Source: Candidatus Aenigmatarchaeota archaeon | GTDB lineage: Archaea > Aenigmatarchaeota > Aenigmatarchaeia > GW2011-AR5 | Length of the DNA stretch: 64,000 nt | Reading direction: 5' to 3' | Assembly (NCBI GenBank): GCA_039091535.1 | Contig: JAWCLW010000002.1 | Coordinates: 46,690-110,689 of the forward strand | Shown: positions 20,137 through 29,797 of the stretch, one piece after another | How positions within the stretch are numbered: position 1 is the stretch's first letter | Layout: each line of letters opens with the position of its first letter | Program-made: the position numbers and the translations under genes | Notes under the pieces: generated by a model | The model's database searches: none | What the model saw: only the letters and a program-made list of their open reading frames with translations | What the model was told of the DNA's origin: nothing

Positions 20137-20761
20137 ATTAAGAATAGTAAAATCATAATCATAAACCCATTTGGGTTGGAAGGAATTTGAAAGATGACAT
20201 TTTTGAGGGTTTACCAAAAAAGAGACTATAAAATACGCCTACCTGAATCCGATTGGTTTGACATATGGGATATGCTGAAAGAACATTTAGATAAAATAGA
20301 AGAAAATTTAAAAGTTTATAAACCAACGGAATAAAGGGGTTGCGTGATCAAATTCTTGCTCTCTTACTTACTGATTGGTATAGGATTTCAAAAATTGAAC
20401 TAAAAATATAAATCCTATAAAATTCTGAAAAATTTTACACGATCTCTAACATAAAAATTTGAAAAAATATCTTACTCCAATATATTTCAATAATTATTAC
20501 CAAATATAGAAAAAAATAAAAATTCCAAGCTCAGATAATGTTAATACATGGGAGAGATTATGCGACAAATATATTGAAAATATAGTATTTTATAAATTTA
20601 CTCCAATTAAATTATGATAATGTTTTATTAACTCTAAATAAAAGAATTTTTAGTTTATGTCAAAAAAAGTATTTTTATCGAATTTACCCCCATTTTGATT
20701 ATGAATTTTCCGGAAATGGATTACCAAAACAGATTAAAACCTTGAATAAGAATGATATTTT

Positions 20762-21238
20762 ATGTCGCGTCCAAGCTGGGATGAATACTTCTTAGGTATA
20801 GTTAATGAGGTTGCAAAGCGTGCAACATGTGATCGCGGCCGTGCCGGTTGTATTATTGTAAAAGATAAGAGAATTTTAGCCACAGGATATGTTGGTTCTC
20901 CATCCGGTCTGCCGCATTGTGATGAAGTAGGTCACATGATGAAAAAAGTAATTCATGAAAATGGTGAAGTGACTCAACACTGTGTTAGAACAATACATGC
21001 AGAGCAAAATGCAATCTGTCAAGCAGCAAGATTTGGTATATCATTAGACGGTGCAACTTTATATTGCAAAATGGTGCCTTGTTTTACATGTGCAAAAATG
21101 ATAATTAATGCTGGTATAAAAAGAGTAGTATGCGAAAAAAGATACCATGCAGACAAAGATACAATAGAAATTTTTAAACAAGCAGACATAAAATTGGATA
21201 TAAAAGAAGATGTAATTGAAAAGTATGATAATCAATGA
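20762..21238 (+). CDS. deoxycytidylate (dCMP) deaminase
   Basis: Zinc motifs HAEQNAI and PCFTCAK in a 158-aa cytidine/deoxycytidylate deaminase fold. Confidence 0.9.
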   Translation: MSRPSWDEYFLGIVNEVAKRATCDRGRAGCIIVKDKRILATGYVGSPSGLPHCDEVGHMMKKVIHENGEVTQHCVRTIHAEQNAICQAARFGISLDGATLYCKMVPCFTCAKMIINAGIKRVVCEKRYHADKDTIEIFKQADIKLDIKEDVIEKYDNQ

Positions 21239-21253
21239 ATGGTGTGAGAAAAT

Positions 21254-21775
21254 ATGAAGAAAAAATTATCTGACATTGTCTTTCAAAGAATTTCGCCACC
21301 TGATCATAAAACGGATCTGAATATATACGATTTATCAAATGTTATTGTTAGGAGGTTGGGTCTTAAGAGAAAAGAATCAAAAGCAAGGCATGATAAACTG
21401 CTTCTTGAGTTATTGAAATATAGAAAAGAAAACATACCTCTAGAAATAGATAAAATTTCACAAATATTAGAGGTCTCACAATCACAAACATATGAGGAAA
21501 TTAGAAAATGGCGTACTTTAGGATTGTTAGAGTTTGTGAAAATACCGAGTGGTATGGGTTTTGCTAAAGGTTATATGCTTACAGCCCCTACTGTGAATAG
21601 ATTGCTTGATCGTGTTGAATCATCAACAAAATCTTTTATGAGAAAAACACGTAGAATTGCAAAGGATTTTGACGATCTTCTTATGTTAGAGGTTGCACGC
21701 TCTGGAAAAGAAGAAAAAACAACAGAGAACATAGAAAAAGAGCAGGAAAATCAAGAAGAAACCGATAAAGATTGA
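21254..21775 (+). CDS. hypothetical protein with a possible wHTH and an acidic C-terminal tail
   Basis: A clean 173-aa ORF immediately downstream of the deaminase gene, with no recognisable catalytic motif. Confidence 0.4.
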   Translation: MKKKLSDIVFQRISPPDHKTDLNIYDLSNVIVRRLGLKRKESKARHDKLLLELLKYRKENIPLEIDKISQILEVSQSQTYEEIRKWRTLGLLEFVKIPSGMGFAKGYMLTAPTVNRLLDRVESSTKSFMRKTRRIAKDFDDLLMLEVARSGKEEKTTENIEKEQENQEETDKD

Positions 21776-22108
21776 TCAATTTTTAATCAATTTACGCAAT
21801 TTTTTATGTTAGAGATAATTATTATTTAAATAAATTATTAAATATATATTATAAAAAATATATTGTTAAAGATTTTATAAAAAATATTTTATAAATAAAA
21901 TATATTAAATTAAATCAATTTAAAAATATATTTTGTGGTTATATTAATATACTATGTTAAAAATATATTACATAATATCTATTAAAATATATTTAATTTT
22001 AAATATATTTTATATAATACAAATGAAACACTCATCAATTGTGAGAGTTTAAGTTGAATACTATATTATATGGATAGAAATTAAATCTTTATTATCTGAT
22101 TAAATTTT

Positions 22109-22993
22109 ATGACATTAGAAAGATATTACAAGATTTTGAAGAATGAAGTAAAGGCAAAATTCTTAATAGCCAAAGAAAATAAAGTATTAGACAAAAAAAT
22201 AAAAGATGCATATGAGATTCTTAAGAACTGTGAACTATGTGAAAGAAAATGTAAAGTAAATCGCAAAGAAAAATTAGGAGAATGTAAAGTTGATAATAAA
22301 CCGATTATATCTTCTGCATTTGTTCATTTAGGTGAAGAATATTTCTTCATACCATCTTTTACAATATTTTTTATGGGTTGTAATTTTCATTGCCAATTTT
22401 GTCAAAATTATTCTATATCCCAATGGCTTGAAATCGGAAAAACTGTTACAACAAAATATATTGCAAACATTATAAACAATCATAAAGATTGCAGGAATGT
22501 AAATTTTGTTGGCGGAGAACCAACACCAAATCTACCATTTATTTTAAAGACTTTGAAATATGTAAAAATAAACATACCTATTATATGGAACAGCAATTTC
22601 TATATGTCTGAAAAATCTATGGATCTATTAAAAGATATTGTTGATGTTTATTTATCCGATTGGAAATATGGAAATGATAAATGCGCACTTAAATTATCAA
22701 AAGCCCCAAATTATTGTGAAATAATAAAAAGAAATCATGATTTTGCATTTAAAGACAGCGAATTAGTAATACGTCATCTGATTTTACCAAATCATTTCGA
22801 GTGTTGTGCAAAACCAATTCTAAATTATATTTCTGAAAATTACGAAGATAAAGTAATTGTAAATATTATGGATCAATACTATCCATGTTTTAATGCAAAT
22901 AAATATAAAGAAATCAATAGAAGAATCACAAACGAAGAGCTTGAAAATACGATAAAATTAGCGAAAGAATTGGGATTAAATTTTATAACTTAG
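22109..22993 (+). CDS. radical SAM protein, PflX-like (homolog of pyruvate formate-lyase activating enzyme)
   Basis: CNFHCQFCQN (CxxxCxxC) cluster plus an N-terminal CELCERKC Cys motif. Confidence 0.75.
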   Translation: MTLERYYKILKNEVKAKFLIAKENKVLDKKIKDAYEILKNCELCERKCKVNRKEKLGECKVDNKPIISSAFVHLGEEYFFIPSFTIFFMGCNFHCQFCQNYSISQWLEIGKTVTTKYIANIINNHKDCRNVNFVGGEPTPNLPFILKTLKYVKINIPIIWNSNFYMSEKSMDLLKDIVDVYLSDWKYGNDKCALKLSKAPNYCEIIKRNHDFAFKDSELVIRHLILPNHFECCAKPILNYISENYEDKVIVNIMDQYYPCFNANKYKEINRRITNEELENTIKLAKELGLNFIT

Positions 22994-23406
22994 TTTCCTT
23001 CGCTTTTTGGTTGTACTACTGGGAATCTTATTGGTGGCGGCAATCTTAATTCATCTGATATCTCTGCTGCTTTTGTTAGACAACGTCTAAAAATAGTATT
23101 CAATACGTCAACAGCAATTTTATCATCTAATTTTTTTTCATCTTTCCATACTTTCAATATTTTTTTGATATCTTCTGTTTGATACAATATTTCGCCTTCA
23201 AAATTTATTTCACCAATTTTTGGTTCGTATATTGTCTTGAATCCGAATTGTATTGAAATAACATCTTTGATCAAATCTAGATCCTTCTTTTCTACATTCT
23301 TTATTATTGGTGTGCTGCTTATGTTTATTTCACCTTTTACTATCTTTTCCTCATTTTTGGCATTTATAGAGTTTAAATTAAAACCAACTATAGGCACTAT
23401 TATCAC
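22990..23406 (-). CDS. hypothetical protein
   Basis: 138-aa ORF convergent with the radical SAM gene and overlapping it by 4 nt. No motif recognised. Confidence 0.4.
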   Translation of the reverse strand: MIIVPIVGFNLNSINAKNEEKIVKGEINISSTPIIKNVEKKDLDLIKDVISIQFGFKTIYEPKIGEINFEGEILYQTEDIKKILKVWKDEKKLDDKIAVDVLNTIFRRCLTKAAEISDELRLPPPIRFPVVQPKSEGN

Positions 23407-23628
23407 CTTTTTTTGTATTCTTTCATAAAAAGAAATAAAAAGTTATGTTTTTGGATTCTGTTAGGTGGTTGGGCGATTTTGTTGTATTATGAATATGATT
23501 GCTCGTCAAAAGAAAACATAATCAATTAATGTCATACCTTATTCTTAACTTATATCTGATTTAATTAAAAAGACATTTTTAACAAAAATATACTAACCTT
23601 TAGAACTATACAGAATTCAATTTGATAG

Positions 23629-23760
23629 ACCTACTTTATCAAAATTATAAAAAATTATGTCGATGAAAAAGGAACAGAAGCTGCTGCCACAACTGCTATT
23701 GGTATGATGGGAAGTGCTGCGCAAAGAAATGTATTTAGAGCACCCAAACTAATAAATTAG
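23629..23760 (+). pseudogene. remnant of a serpin gene (reactive-centre-loop hinge plus truncated C-terminus)
   Basis: The short open frame translates TYFIKIIKNYVDEKGTEAAATTAIGMMGSAAQRNVFRAPKLIN*. VDEKGTEAAATTA matches the serpin hinge consensus (V-[ND]-E-[EK]-G-T-E-A-A-A-x-T). There is no upstream serpin body. Confidence 0.5.
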
Positions 23761-23848
23761 TTGCAAAATTCATAAAATAATTATTTTTAACTCTATACAC
23801 TTCAGCATATAAACGCTTAAATAAAAAAACGATGATTAAAATAAACTG

Positions 23849-24388
23849 ATGCTTATGAAGGCATTAGTTTTGTTTGCAGATGGTTTTGAAGAGATAGAAG
23901 CATTTACTGTAGTAGATGTTCTTAGACGTGCTAATGTTGATGTTACGACTGTTGGTTTAACATCCACAGTTGTAGAAGGTGCACACAAAATAAGATTTAT
24001 AGCTGACAAAAAGATAATGGACATCAATCCAAACGATTTCGATGCATTAATACTTCCAGGTGGTCCGGGGTATAAAAATTTAGCAAATAGTAATTCTGTT
24101 TTAGAGATGATAAACGATTTCAACAAAAAGAAAAAAATCATAGGAGCTATATGTGCCTCACCAGCTGTATTAGCAAAAGCAGGAATTCTCGAAGATAAAA
24201 TTGCTACAATATATCCAGGTATGGAAAGTGAATTGCCAAGACCAAGAGATGCAAAAGTAATTGTTGCAGAGAATGTTGTGACATCAAGAAGTCCTGGGAC
24301 AGCAATGGAATTTGCATTTAAACTTGCTGAAATACTTGCTGGAAAAAATGCAGCAAGAAAAATTAGAGAATCATTTTTAATAGAATAG
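23849..24388 (+). CDS. DJ-1/PfpI (ThiJ) family protein
   Basis: Nucleophile-elbow motif GAICASPAVLA and ILPGGPG, in 179 aa. Confidence 0.85.
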   Translation: MLMKALVLFADGFEEIEAFTVVDVLRRANVDVTTVGLTSTVVEGAHKIRFIADKKIMDINPNDFDALILPGGPGYKNLANSNSVLEMINDFNKKKKIIGAICASPAVLAKAGILEDKIATIYPGMESELPRPRDAKVIVAENVVTSRSPGTAMEFAFKLAEILAGKNAARKIRESFLIE

Positions 24389-24396
24389 GTGATTAA

Positions 24397-24633
24397 ATGC
24401 TTAACAAATCTGAAATTAAAGTATTGAAAAAAATTGCTGAGTGCCAGTTAATAACAAAAATAGAACTAAAAACATATATGCAAAATAATGGTGGAGAAAT
24501 AAGCGATTCAACAATAGATACAATTACACGTAATCTTATAGAGAAAAATCTAATAACAAAGATAAATCCTGTCGGCTCTACATGTTTTATAATAACAAAA
24601 AAGGGATCACAAGTACTAAAAGAAATGGATTAA
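24397..24633 (+). CDS. small winged-helix protein (hypothetical)
   Basis: 78 aa with the wHTH-like pattern VLKKIAECQLITKIELKTYM...LIEKNLITKI. Confidence 0.4.
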   Translation: MLNKSEIKVLKKIAECQLITKIELKTYMQNNGGEISDSTIDTITRNLIEKNLITKINPVGSTCFIITKKGSQVLKEMD

Positions 24634-24640
24634 AATACTA

Positions 24641-24985
24641 TCAACAAGTTATATGAATTCTAGCAACTACTTTTTTTCCTTTTTTTACTAATTCTTCAAA
24701 TTTTTTAATAGCGTCTGGCGTTGGTAATGCATATAACTCTATGTTTGATTTTTTTGCCAAAACAAAAACATCGTTATCGATTTTTACTGCGTTGTTAAAT
24801 CCCAAAGATATTATGATTATTTCTGGTTCTTTTAACATCATATGCTCAAAATCCTTTTTACTAACTCTATGAGACTTTTCAGTCGGTTCGACACCATCAT
24901 AAAATAAAAATAAGTCGTGATCACTATAAACCTCATCGTTCACTTGTATGTTTCCAAACTCTACTTTTTTTATTTTCGGTCTCAT
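24641..24985 (-). CDS. Mth938-like (DUF498) domain protein
   Basis: 114 aa. The pattern FGNIQVNDEVYSDHDLFLF...EIIIISLGFNNAVKI resembles the MTH938 family. Confidence 0.5.
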   Translation of the reverse strand: MRPKIKKVEFGNIQVNDEVYSDHDLFLFYDGVEPTEKSHRVSKKDFEHMMLKEPEIIIISLGFNNAVKIDNDVFVLAKKSNIELYALPTPDAIKKFEELVKKGKKVVARIHITC

Positions 24986-25023
24986 AAAAAGAATTAGTTT
25001 AGAAAAATATAAAAGATAATTAT

Positions 25024-25108
25024 AGCCCCGGCAGGATTCGAACCTACGTCAACTGGTTTCTTCCAATTGACCAGAGCCAGTTATGCTTGTCCGCTACACC
25101 ACGGGGCT
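25024..25108 (-). tRNA. tRNA-Gln(CUG) with a 13-nt intron at the canonical 37/38 position
   Basis: The reverse complement reads AGCCCCG-TG-GTGT-AGCGGACAA-GCAT-A-ACTGG-[CTCTGG+TCAATTGGAAGAA+A]-CCAGT-TGAC-GTAGG-TTCGAAT-CCTGC-CGGGGCT. The acceptor stem has all 7 pairs. Confidence 0.85.
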
Positions 25109-25170
25109 ATCGATTAATAAAATTAAATGAAAATTAATAAATTTATATGTAATAAATGAAATGATACATT

Positions 25171-25638
25171 ATGAAAAAAACAACAAAAAAGAAATTGATG
25201 GTCATAACCATAATATTAATTTTTGGAATGTCAACAATCGCATTTGTTGCAACAAATATAATGATACCAACAGAGATAAAAAAATTGGAAAATCCAATAA
25301 TAGTTGGAGAAATTGATACAAATACGGAATATCATTATATCCAAAATGGTTATACATTTTTTAGATTTTATTATGAAAACGAAATACCAAGCTATATTGA
25401 TGATTTACCATATATATTTGTTACAAATATTAATCAAATTCAACTTTTTGTACTTAAGATCCCGGCAAATGAAACATACATAAAAATTAGGAATCTCAAC
25501 GGAGAAATAGAAATTTTCAATATAACAATGGAAGATATATACGATGCACTTTGTGAAACATTAATTGTTACACCATCAGAATGTGGATTAAGGCAGATGA
25601 TAAATAGGACAACAGAAAAAACAAATACAACTGAATAA
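25171..25638 (+). CDS. hypothetical signal-anchored protein
   Basis: N-terminal KK-rich segment followed by a TM helix (LMVITIILIFGMSTIAFVA). Confidence 0.4.
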   Translation: MKKTTKKKLMVITIILIFGMSTIAFVATNIMIPTEIKKLENPIIVGEIDTNTEYHYIQNGYTFFRFYYENEIPSYIDDLPYIFVTNINQIQLFVLKIPANETYIKIRNLNGEIEIFNITMEDIYDALCETLIVTPSECGLRQMINRTTEKTNTTE

Positions 25639-25681
25639 TTTTATTAAAGAATTTAAAGTATTCAATAAAATAATTTCTACT

Positions 25682-27436
25682 ATGAAAGCTGATGAATTGA
25701 AAAAAAAATATATAGAATTTTTTAAAGAAAAAAATCATAAAGAAATACCGAATGTATCACTTATTCCTGAGCATGACCCAACTGTTTTATTCACAACAGC
25801 AGGCATGCATCCTCTTGTACCATTTTTACTTGGTCAAGAACATCCATTAGGGAAGAGACTTGTTAATGTTCAAAGATGTCTTAGAACCGATGATATAGAT
25901 GAAATTGGTGATAACTTTCATCTAACATTTTTTGAAATGCTTGGAAATTGGAGTCTTGGAGACTACTTCAAAAGAGAAGCAATAGAATATGCATATGAAT
26001 TTCTCACAGACAAAAAATGGCTCAATCTCGACCCTGAAAAAATGAATATAACTGTTTTCGCAGGAGATAAAGATGCTCCACGTGATGATGAATCTGCAAA
26101 AATATGGATGAATTTAGGTATTCCAAAAGAAAAGATTTTTTACAATCCAAAAAGGGACAATTGGTGGGGTCCTGCTGGAAAGACTGGGCCATGCGGTCCT
26201 GATACAGAAATATTTTTTGACACAGGTAAAGAAAAATGTTCAAAAGATTGTAGACCAGGATGCAACTGTGGAAAATATAATGAAATATGGAATTTAGTTT
26301 TTATGGAATATAATAAAACAAACGAAAGTAAATATGAATTATTAAAACAGAAAAATGTTGATACGGGAATGGGAGTTGAACGTACATGTGCAATTTTACA
26401 AAAAAAGAACAATATATATGAAACAGAATTATTTATACCAATAATAAAAAAGATAAGAGAGATTTCAAACAAGATAAATATAAAATCTGAGAGGATTGTT
26501 GCAGACCATATGCGTGCTGCTGTTTTTATTCTTGGCGATGAACGAGCAATAACACCTTCAAACCTCGGCCAGGGTTATATACTAAGAAGACTTATAAGAA
26601 GGGCTATAAGGCATGCAAGATTGCTTGGTATAGAGGAAAATTTTTGCGTAGATATTTCAAAAATTATAATAAATACGTATAAGAAAAATTATTCTATTTT
26701 GAAAAAAAATAAAGAATTTATTATAAATGAAATAGAAAAAGAAGAAAATCGTTTCAAAAAGATGTTGGAAATAGGAATAAATAAGTTTGAGGAATTGAAA
26801 CCAAAAAATAATATAATTAGTGGAAAGGATGCGTTTTTATTATATTCATCATATGGTTTTCCAATAGAAATGACAGAAGAACTTGCAGCTGAAAAAAATT
26901 TAGTTGTTGACAAAAAAGGGTTTGAAGAAGAGTTCAGAAAACATCAGGAATTAAGTAGAAAAAGTATGGAAGGTATTTTTAAAAGCGGTTTGATGGATCA
27001 TAGTGAAAAAACAATAAAATATCATACAGCAACACATTTATTACATCAAGCATTAAGAGAAGTTTTAGGATCAGATGTAATGCAAAAAGGAAGTAATATA
27101 ACACCTGAAAGATTAAGATTTGATTTTTCATTTAATAGAAAAATGACTGATACAGAAATAAAAAGAGTTGAAGATATTGTAAATGAAAAAATTGAAGAAG
27201 GTCTTGATGTTAAAAGGGAAGAAATGAGTCTAAAAGAAGCAAAAAAATCAGGTGCTCTTGGTTTTTTTGAATCTAAGTATGGTGAAAAGGTTTCTGTTTA
27301 TAGTATAGGAAATTTTTCAAAAGAGATATGTGCAGGTCCACATGTAAAAAATACAAAAGAACTTGGTAGATTTAAGATTTTGAAAGAGGAAGCTGTTTCT
27401 TCAGGTATTAGGAGAATAAAGGCTATATTAATATGA
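25682..27436 (+). CDS. alaS: alanyl-tRNA synthetase, bacterial-type, short form (catalytic plus editing domains, no C-Ala domain)
   Basis: Contains DPTVLFTTAGM, HLTFFEMLGNWSLGDYF, GPCGPDTEIF and VDTGMGVERT, plus the editing-site HTATHLLHQAL and CAGPHV. The protein ends at 584 aa. Confidence 0.85.
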   Translation: MKADELKKKYIEFFKEKNHKEIPNVSLIPEHDPTVLFTTAGMHPLVPFLLGQEHPLGKRLVNVQRCLRTDDIDEIGDNFHLTFFEMLGNWSLGDYFKREAIEYAYEFLTDKKWLNLDPEKMNITVFAGDKDAPRDDESAKIWMNLGIPKEKIFYNPKRDNWWGPAGKTGPCGPDTEIFFDTGKEKCSKDCRPGCNCGKYNEIWNLVFMEYNKTNESKYELLKQKNVDTGMGVERTCAILQKKNNIYETELFIPIIKKIREISNKINIKSERIVADHMRAAVFILGDERAITPSNLGQGYILRRLIRRAIRHARLLGIEENFCVDISKIIINTYKKNYSILKKNKEFIINEIEKEENRFKKMLEIGINKFEELKPKNNIISGKDAFLLYSSYGFPIEMTEELAAEKNLVVDKKGFEEEFRKHQELSRKSMEGIFKSGLMDHSEKTIKYHTATHLLHQALREVLGSDVMQKGSNITPERLRFDFSFNRKMTDTEIKRVEDIVNEKIEEGLDVKREEMSLKEAKKSGALGFFESKYGEKVSVYSIGNFSKEICAGPHVKNTKELGRFKILKEEAVSSGIRRIKAILI

Positions 27437-27459
27437 AAAATTAAAATTAAATAAAAAAA

Positions 27460-27756
27460 TCATCCAAACAAAGATGCTAGCCCACTTGCTGCTTCCTCAA
27501 CTTTTTTCTCAATTTCCTCTTCTTTTGGTTTCTCTTCTTTTTTCTCTTCTCCCGGAACAGTTGTTACAGGCATTATTGTAGGCATTGCTGCTTTGCTTAT
27601 AACCTCATCTATGTTTACACCCTCTAGTGCAGCGACCAATGCTTTTATTCTAGATTCATCAGGCTGCTCTATAGCTGAAATAATTTTTTTTACATTTTCT
27701 TCGTTTATCTCTTTTCCAGCGCTGTGCAGCAATAACACAGAGTATATATAGTTCAT
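27460..27756 (-). CDS. rpl12: ribosomal stalk protein P1 (aL12)
   Basis: N-terminal [17 protein letters not shown], a KE-rich linker and the C-terminal ASGLASLFG. Confidence 0.9.
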   Translation of the reverse strand: MNYIYSVLLLHSAGKEINEENVKKIISAIEQPDESRIKALVAALEGVNIDEVISKAAMPTIMPVTTVPGEEKKEEKPKEEEIEKKVEEAASGLASLFG

Positions 27757-27768
27757 ATTCCCTACCTC

Positions 27769-28611
27769 CTAAGATGAAATATTTATTTTTTCTTCTAGAT
27801 TTTTAGCTTCTGAGATTGCTTTTATTAAAATTTCATCTATGAAATTTTTTTCTAATATGTTTGCATTAACACAAATTGATTTAGCTTCTACAAAAGCCTT
27901 TTGTAACATTAATTTTATTGTTAGTTTTGTCGGATATCCTATGTTTAATGATAAGTTTATTCCATTTTGTATACATTTGACCATATCATTCATATATTTA
28001 TCTAAATCTATATCCAGGATATTTTTGTCATAAATTATACCATTTTCATATGCAGCAATAAGATCTAGACCTAATTCCATAGGCTCAATTTTTAATAATG
28101 AAAATACATTAACCATATCCTCTGTTATTTTTTCATTAGCTTTACAAATGACTTTATCAGATAAAATAACTATTTTACCACTTTGCACAGATGTTTTCAA
28201 TCCAACTTTCTGTAGTGTTGATATTGCAGGACCTGGTGGCAGATTTGTCGGACCTTTTTGGATTACAATATCTTTTTTCGCAATATCACCAACCTTAGCA
28301 CTAGCAGGCATTCTATTTTCTTTCAAAATTTTAAAAATTTTGAATGGATTTTCATTTGTTAGTAAAAGCGCTGGTTCACCTGATATTTTTTCAATAAGAT
28401 TTTTTATATTTTTTCTTTCTAGTTCATTAAGTGCTTTTATGATCATACTCTTCTTACTCATTCTTATTATGGCGATATCTGCTATCATTTTTTTTATTTT
28501 TTGTAGCTGTTTTGCTGGAAGTTTATGCATATTTAAGATGCATATAACATTATATTTTGATATAATCTCTTTAAGTTTTGCTAATTCATTAGGTTTATCC
28601 CTTTTCAACAT
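27769..28611 (-). CDS. rplP0: ribosomal protein uL10 (P0)
   Basis: 280 aa, positioned between L1 and P1, with an uL10-like N-terminal domain. Confidence 0.85.
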   Translation of the reverse strand: MLKRDKPNELAKLKEIISKYNVICILNMHKLPAKQLQKIKKMIADIAIIRMSKKSMIIKALNELERKNIKNLIEKISGEPALLLTNENPFKIFKILKENRMPASAKVGDIAKKDIVIQKGPTNLPPGPAISTLQKVGLKTSVQSGKIVILSDKVICKANEKITEDMVNVFSLLKIEPMELGLDLIAAYENGIIYDKNILDIDLDKYMNDMVKCIQNGINLSLNIGYPTKLTIKLMLQKAFVEAKSICVNANILEKNFIDEILIKAISEAKNLEEKINISS

Positions 28612-28613
28612 AT

Positions 28614-29219
28614 TTAAACACCTATTCTTACGGGTTTACTCATTGTAAGTTTAATGTATATATTTTTTATCTGGGCCTTTTGTGGTAGTGATTTTTTAAT
28701 CTCTTCCAAAACCTTTTCTATGTTATCTCTTATTTGATTATCTTCCATTTTTTCTGTACCAACAGAAACTTGTATTGTTGGTGAATCACGTAATCTTATT
28801 CTTACAGTATTTTTTATTTCATCTATAACAGATTTTAAATCCTTCCCAGGTGGTAGGAGTTTTGGCATTTTATTTTTTGGGGCAAGATATTTTCCAAGAA
28901 TTTTACCAACCAAAGGCATTAATGGTGCTTCGCAGACAAAGAAATCATATTTTTTTGCAAGTTCTTTTGCCTTTTTCTTATTAGTACCAAGTTCTTCTAT
29001 GTCTGATCTCTTTATATCACCATTTTCTGAAATAATACAGATTTTTATATCTTTTCCACGACCATGAGGAAGTATTAAATCTTTAGAGAATTTGTTTTCT
29101 GGTTTTTTTGTATCTATATTCTTTAAAGTAACTATCAAATCAAATGATTGTATAAAATTCCTTTTTTTACTATTTTCTTTTAAGTATTTTATTGCATCTA
29201 TTATTGTGTATTTATCCAT
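28614..29219 (-). CDS. rpl1: ribosomal protein uL1
   Basis: 201 aa, conserved operon position, with an FxQSFDL-like segment (FIQSFDLIVTLK). Confidence 0.9.
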   Translation of the reverse strand: MDKYTIIDAIKYLKENSKKRNFIQSFDLIVTLKNIDTKKPENKFSKDLILPHGRGKDIKICIISENGDIKRSDIEELGTNKKKAKELAKKYDFFVCEAPLMPLVGKILGKYLAPKNKMPKLLPPGKDLKSVIDEIKNTVRIRLRDSPTIQVSVGTEKMEDNQIRDNIEKVLEEIKKSLPQKAQIKNIYIKLTMSKPVRIGV

Positions 29220-29231
29220 AATAATACCCTC

Positions 29232-29253
29232 CTACAAGAAGAAACACTTGTAG
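29232..29253 (-). promoter_or_regulatory. 7-bp inverted repeat (CTACAAG/CTTGTAG) immediately 5' of the uL1 start codon
   Basis: The minus-strand RNA would read CTACAAG-TGTTTCTT-CTTGTAG-GAGGGTATTATT-ATG. The stem-loop abuts a GAGG-like SD. Function unknown. Confidence 0.25.
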
Positions 29254-29314
29254 TGTTCGGGTTTTATTTAATTGAAGAATAAAGTATTAAAAGATTTCAG
29301 AAAATATAATTTTT

Positions 29315-29797
29315 TTAATTTTTTCTTTTTTCCTCAGCAGATATATTAAGAATATTTTCAATTGTGTTAAGTCTCTCGTCTACAGCACTATATGCTGCGC
29401 CTAAAGTTCTCTTAACTATATTAAGCTTGTTTTCAACATCGATTATCTTTTTTACTAGTTCATCATATTTTTTCTCTAACTCTTCTTTGTTATAATTTTT
29501 AATTTCCTCTAATTTATTTTGTGTATCACTCACGTTCTTATCTATTATAATTTTGATATTTTCTATGCTATTCAAAAACATATCAAGCCTATTTGTTATC
29601 ATTTCTATTAGTTTATCTTTTCCTTTCGTAAGACTTTCAAAACTATTATCAAAATATATTTTTTGTACGAGTGATATTACTAACATAATCATTAATACTA
29701 TTGATAAACTCCATATACTCGAAAATTCTAATATGATAAGCACAAGTACAATCCCATACAGTAACAATAGTAATACATCCAGACGCATTATAACCAC
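29315..29797 (-). CDS. hypothetical membrane plus coiled-coil protein inserted between the uL11 and uL1 genes
   Basis: Two N-terminal TM helices followed by a heptad-like KE/N-rich region. Confidence 0.45.
   Translation of the reverse strand: MVIMRLDVLLLLLYGIVLVLIILEFSSIWSLSIVLMIMLVISLVQKIYFDNSFESLTKGKDKLIEMITNRLDMFLNSIENIKIIIDKNVSDTQNKLEEIKNYNKEELEKKYDELVKKIIDVENKLNIVKRTLGAAYSAVDERLNTIENILNISAEEKRKN

Noticed and set aside
20194-20334. 46-aa ORF MTFLRVYQKRDYKIRLPESDWFDIWDMLKEHLDKIEENLKVYKPTE in the 20.1-20.7 kb spacer
   Set aside because: The composition looks protein-like, but there is no motif, no obvious SD or promoter, and it is too short to support. It might be real, but it is not called.
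20335-20410. Possible C/D-box sRNA (GTGATCA ... CTGA)
   Set aside because: There is only one imperfect C-like box and one CTGA, no C'/D' pair and no terminal stem. The boxes occur by chance in a 430-bp spacer, so the evidence is insufficient.
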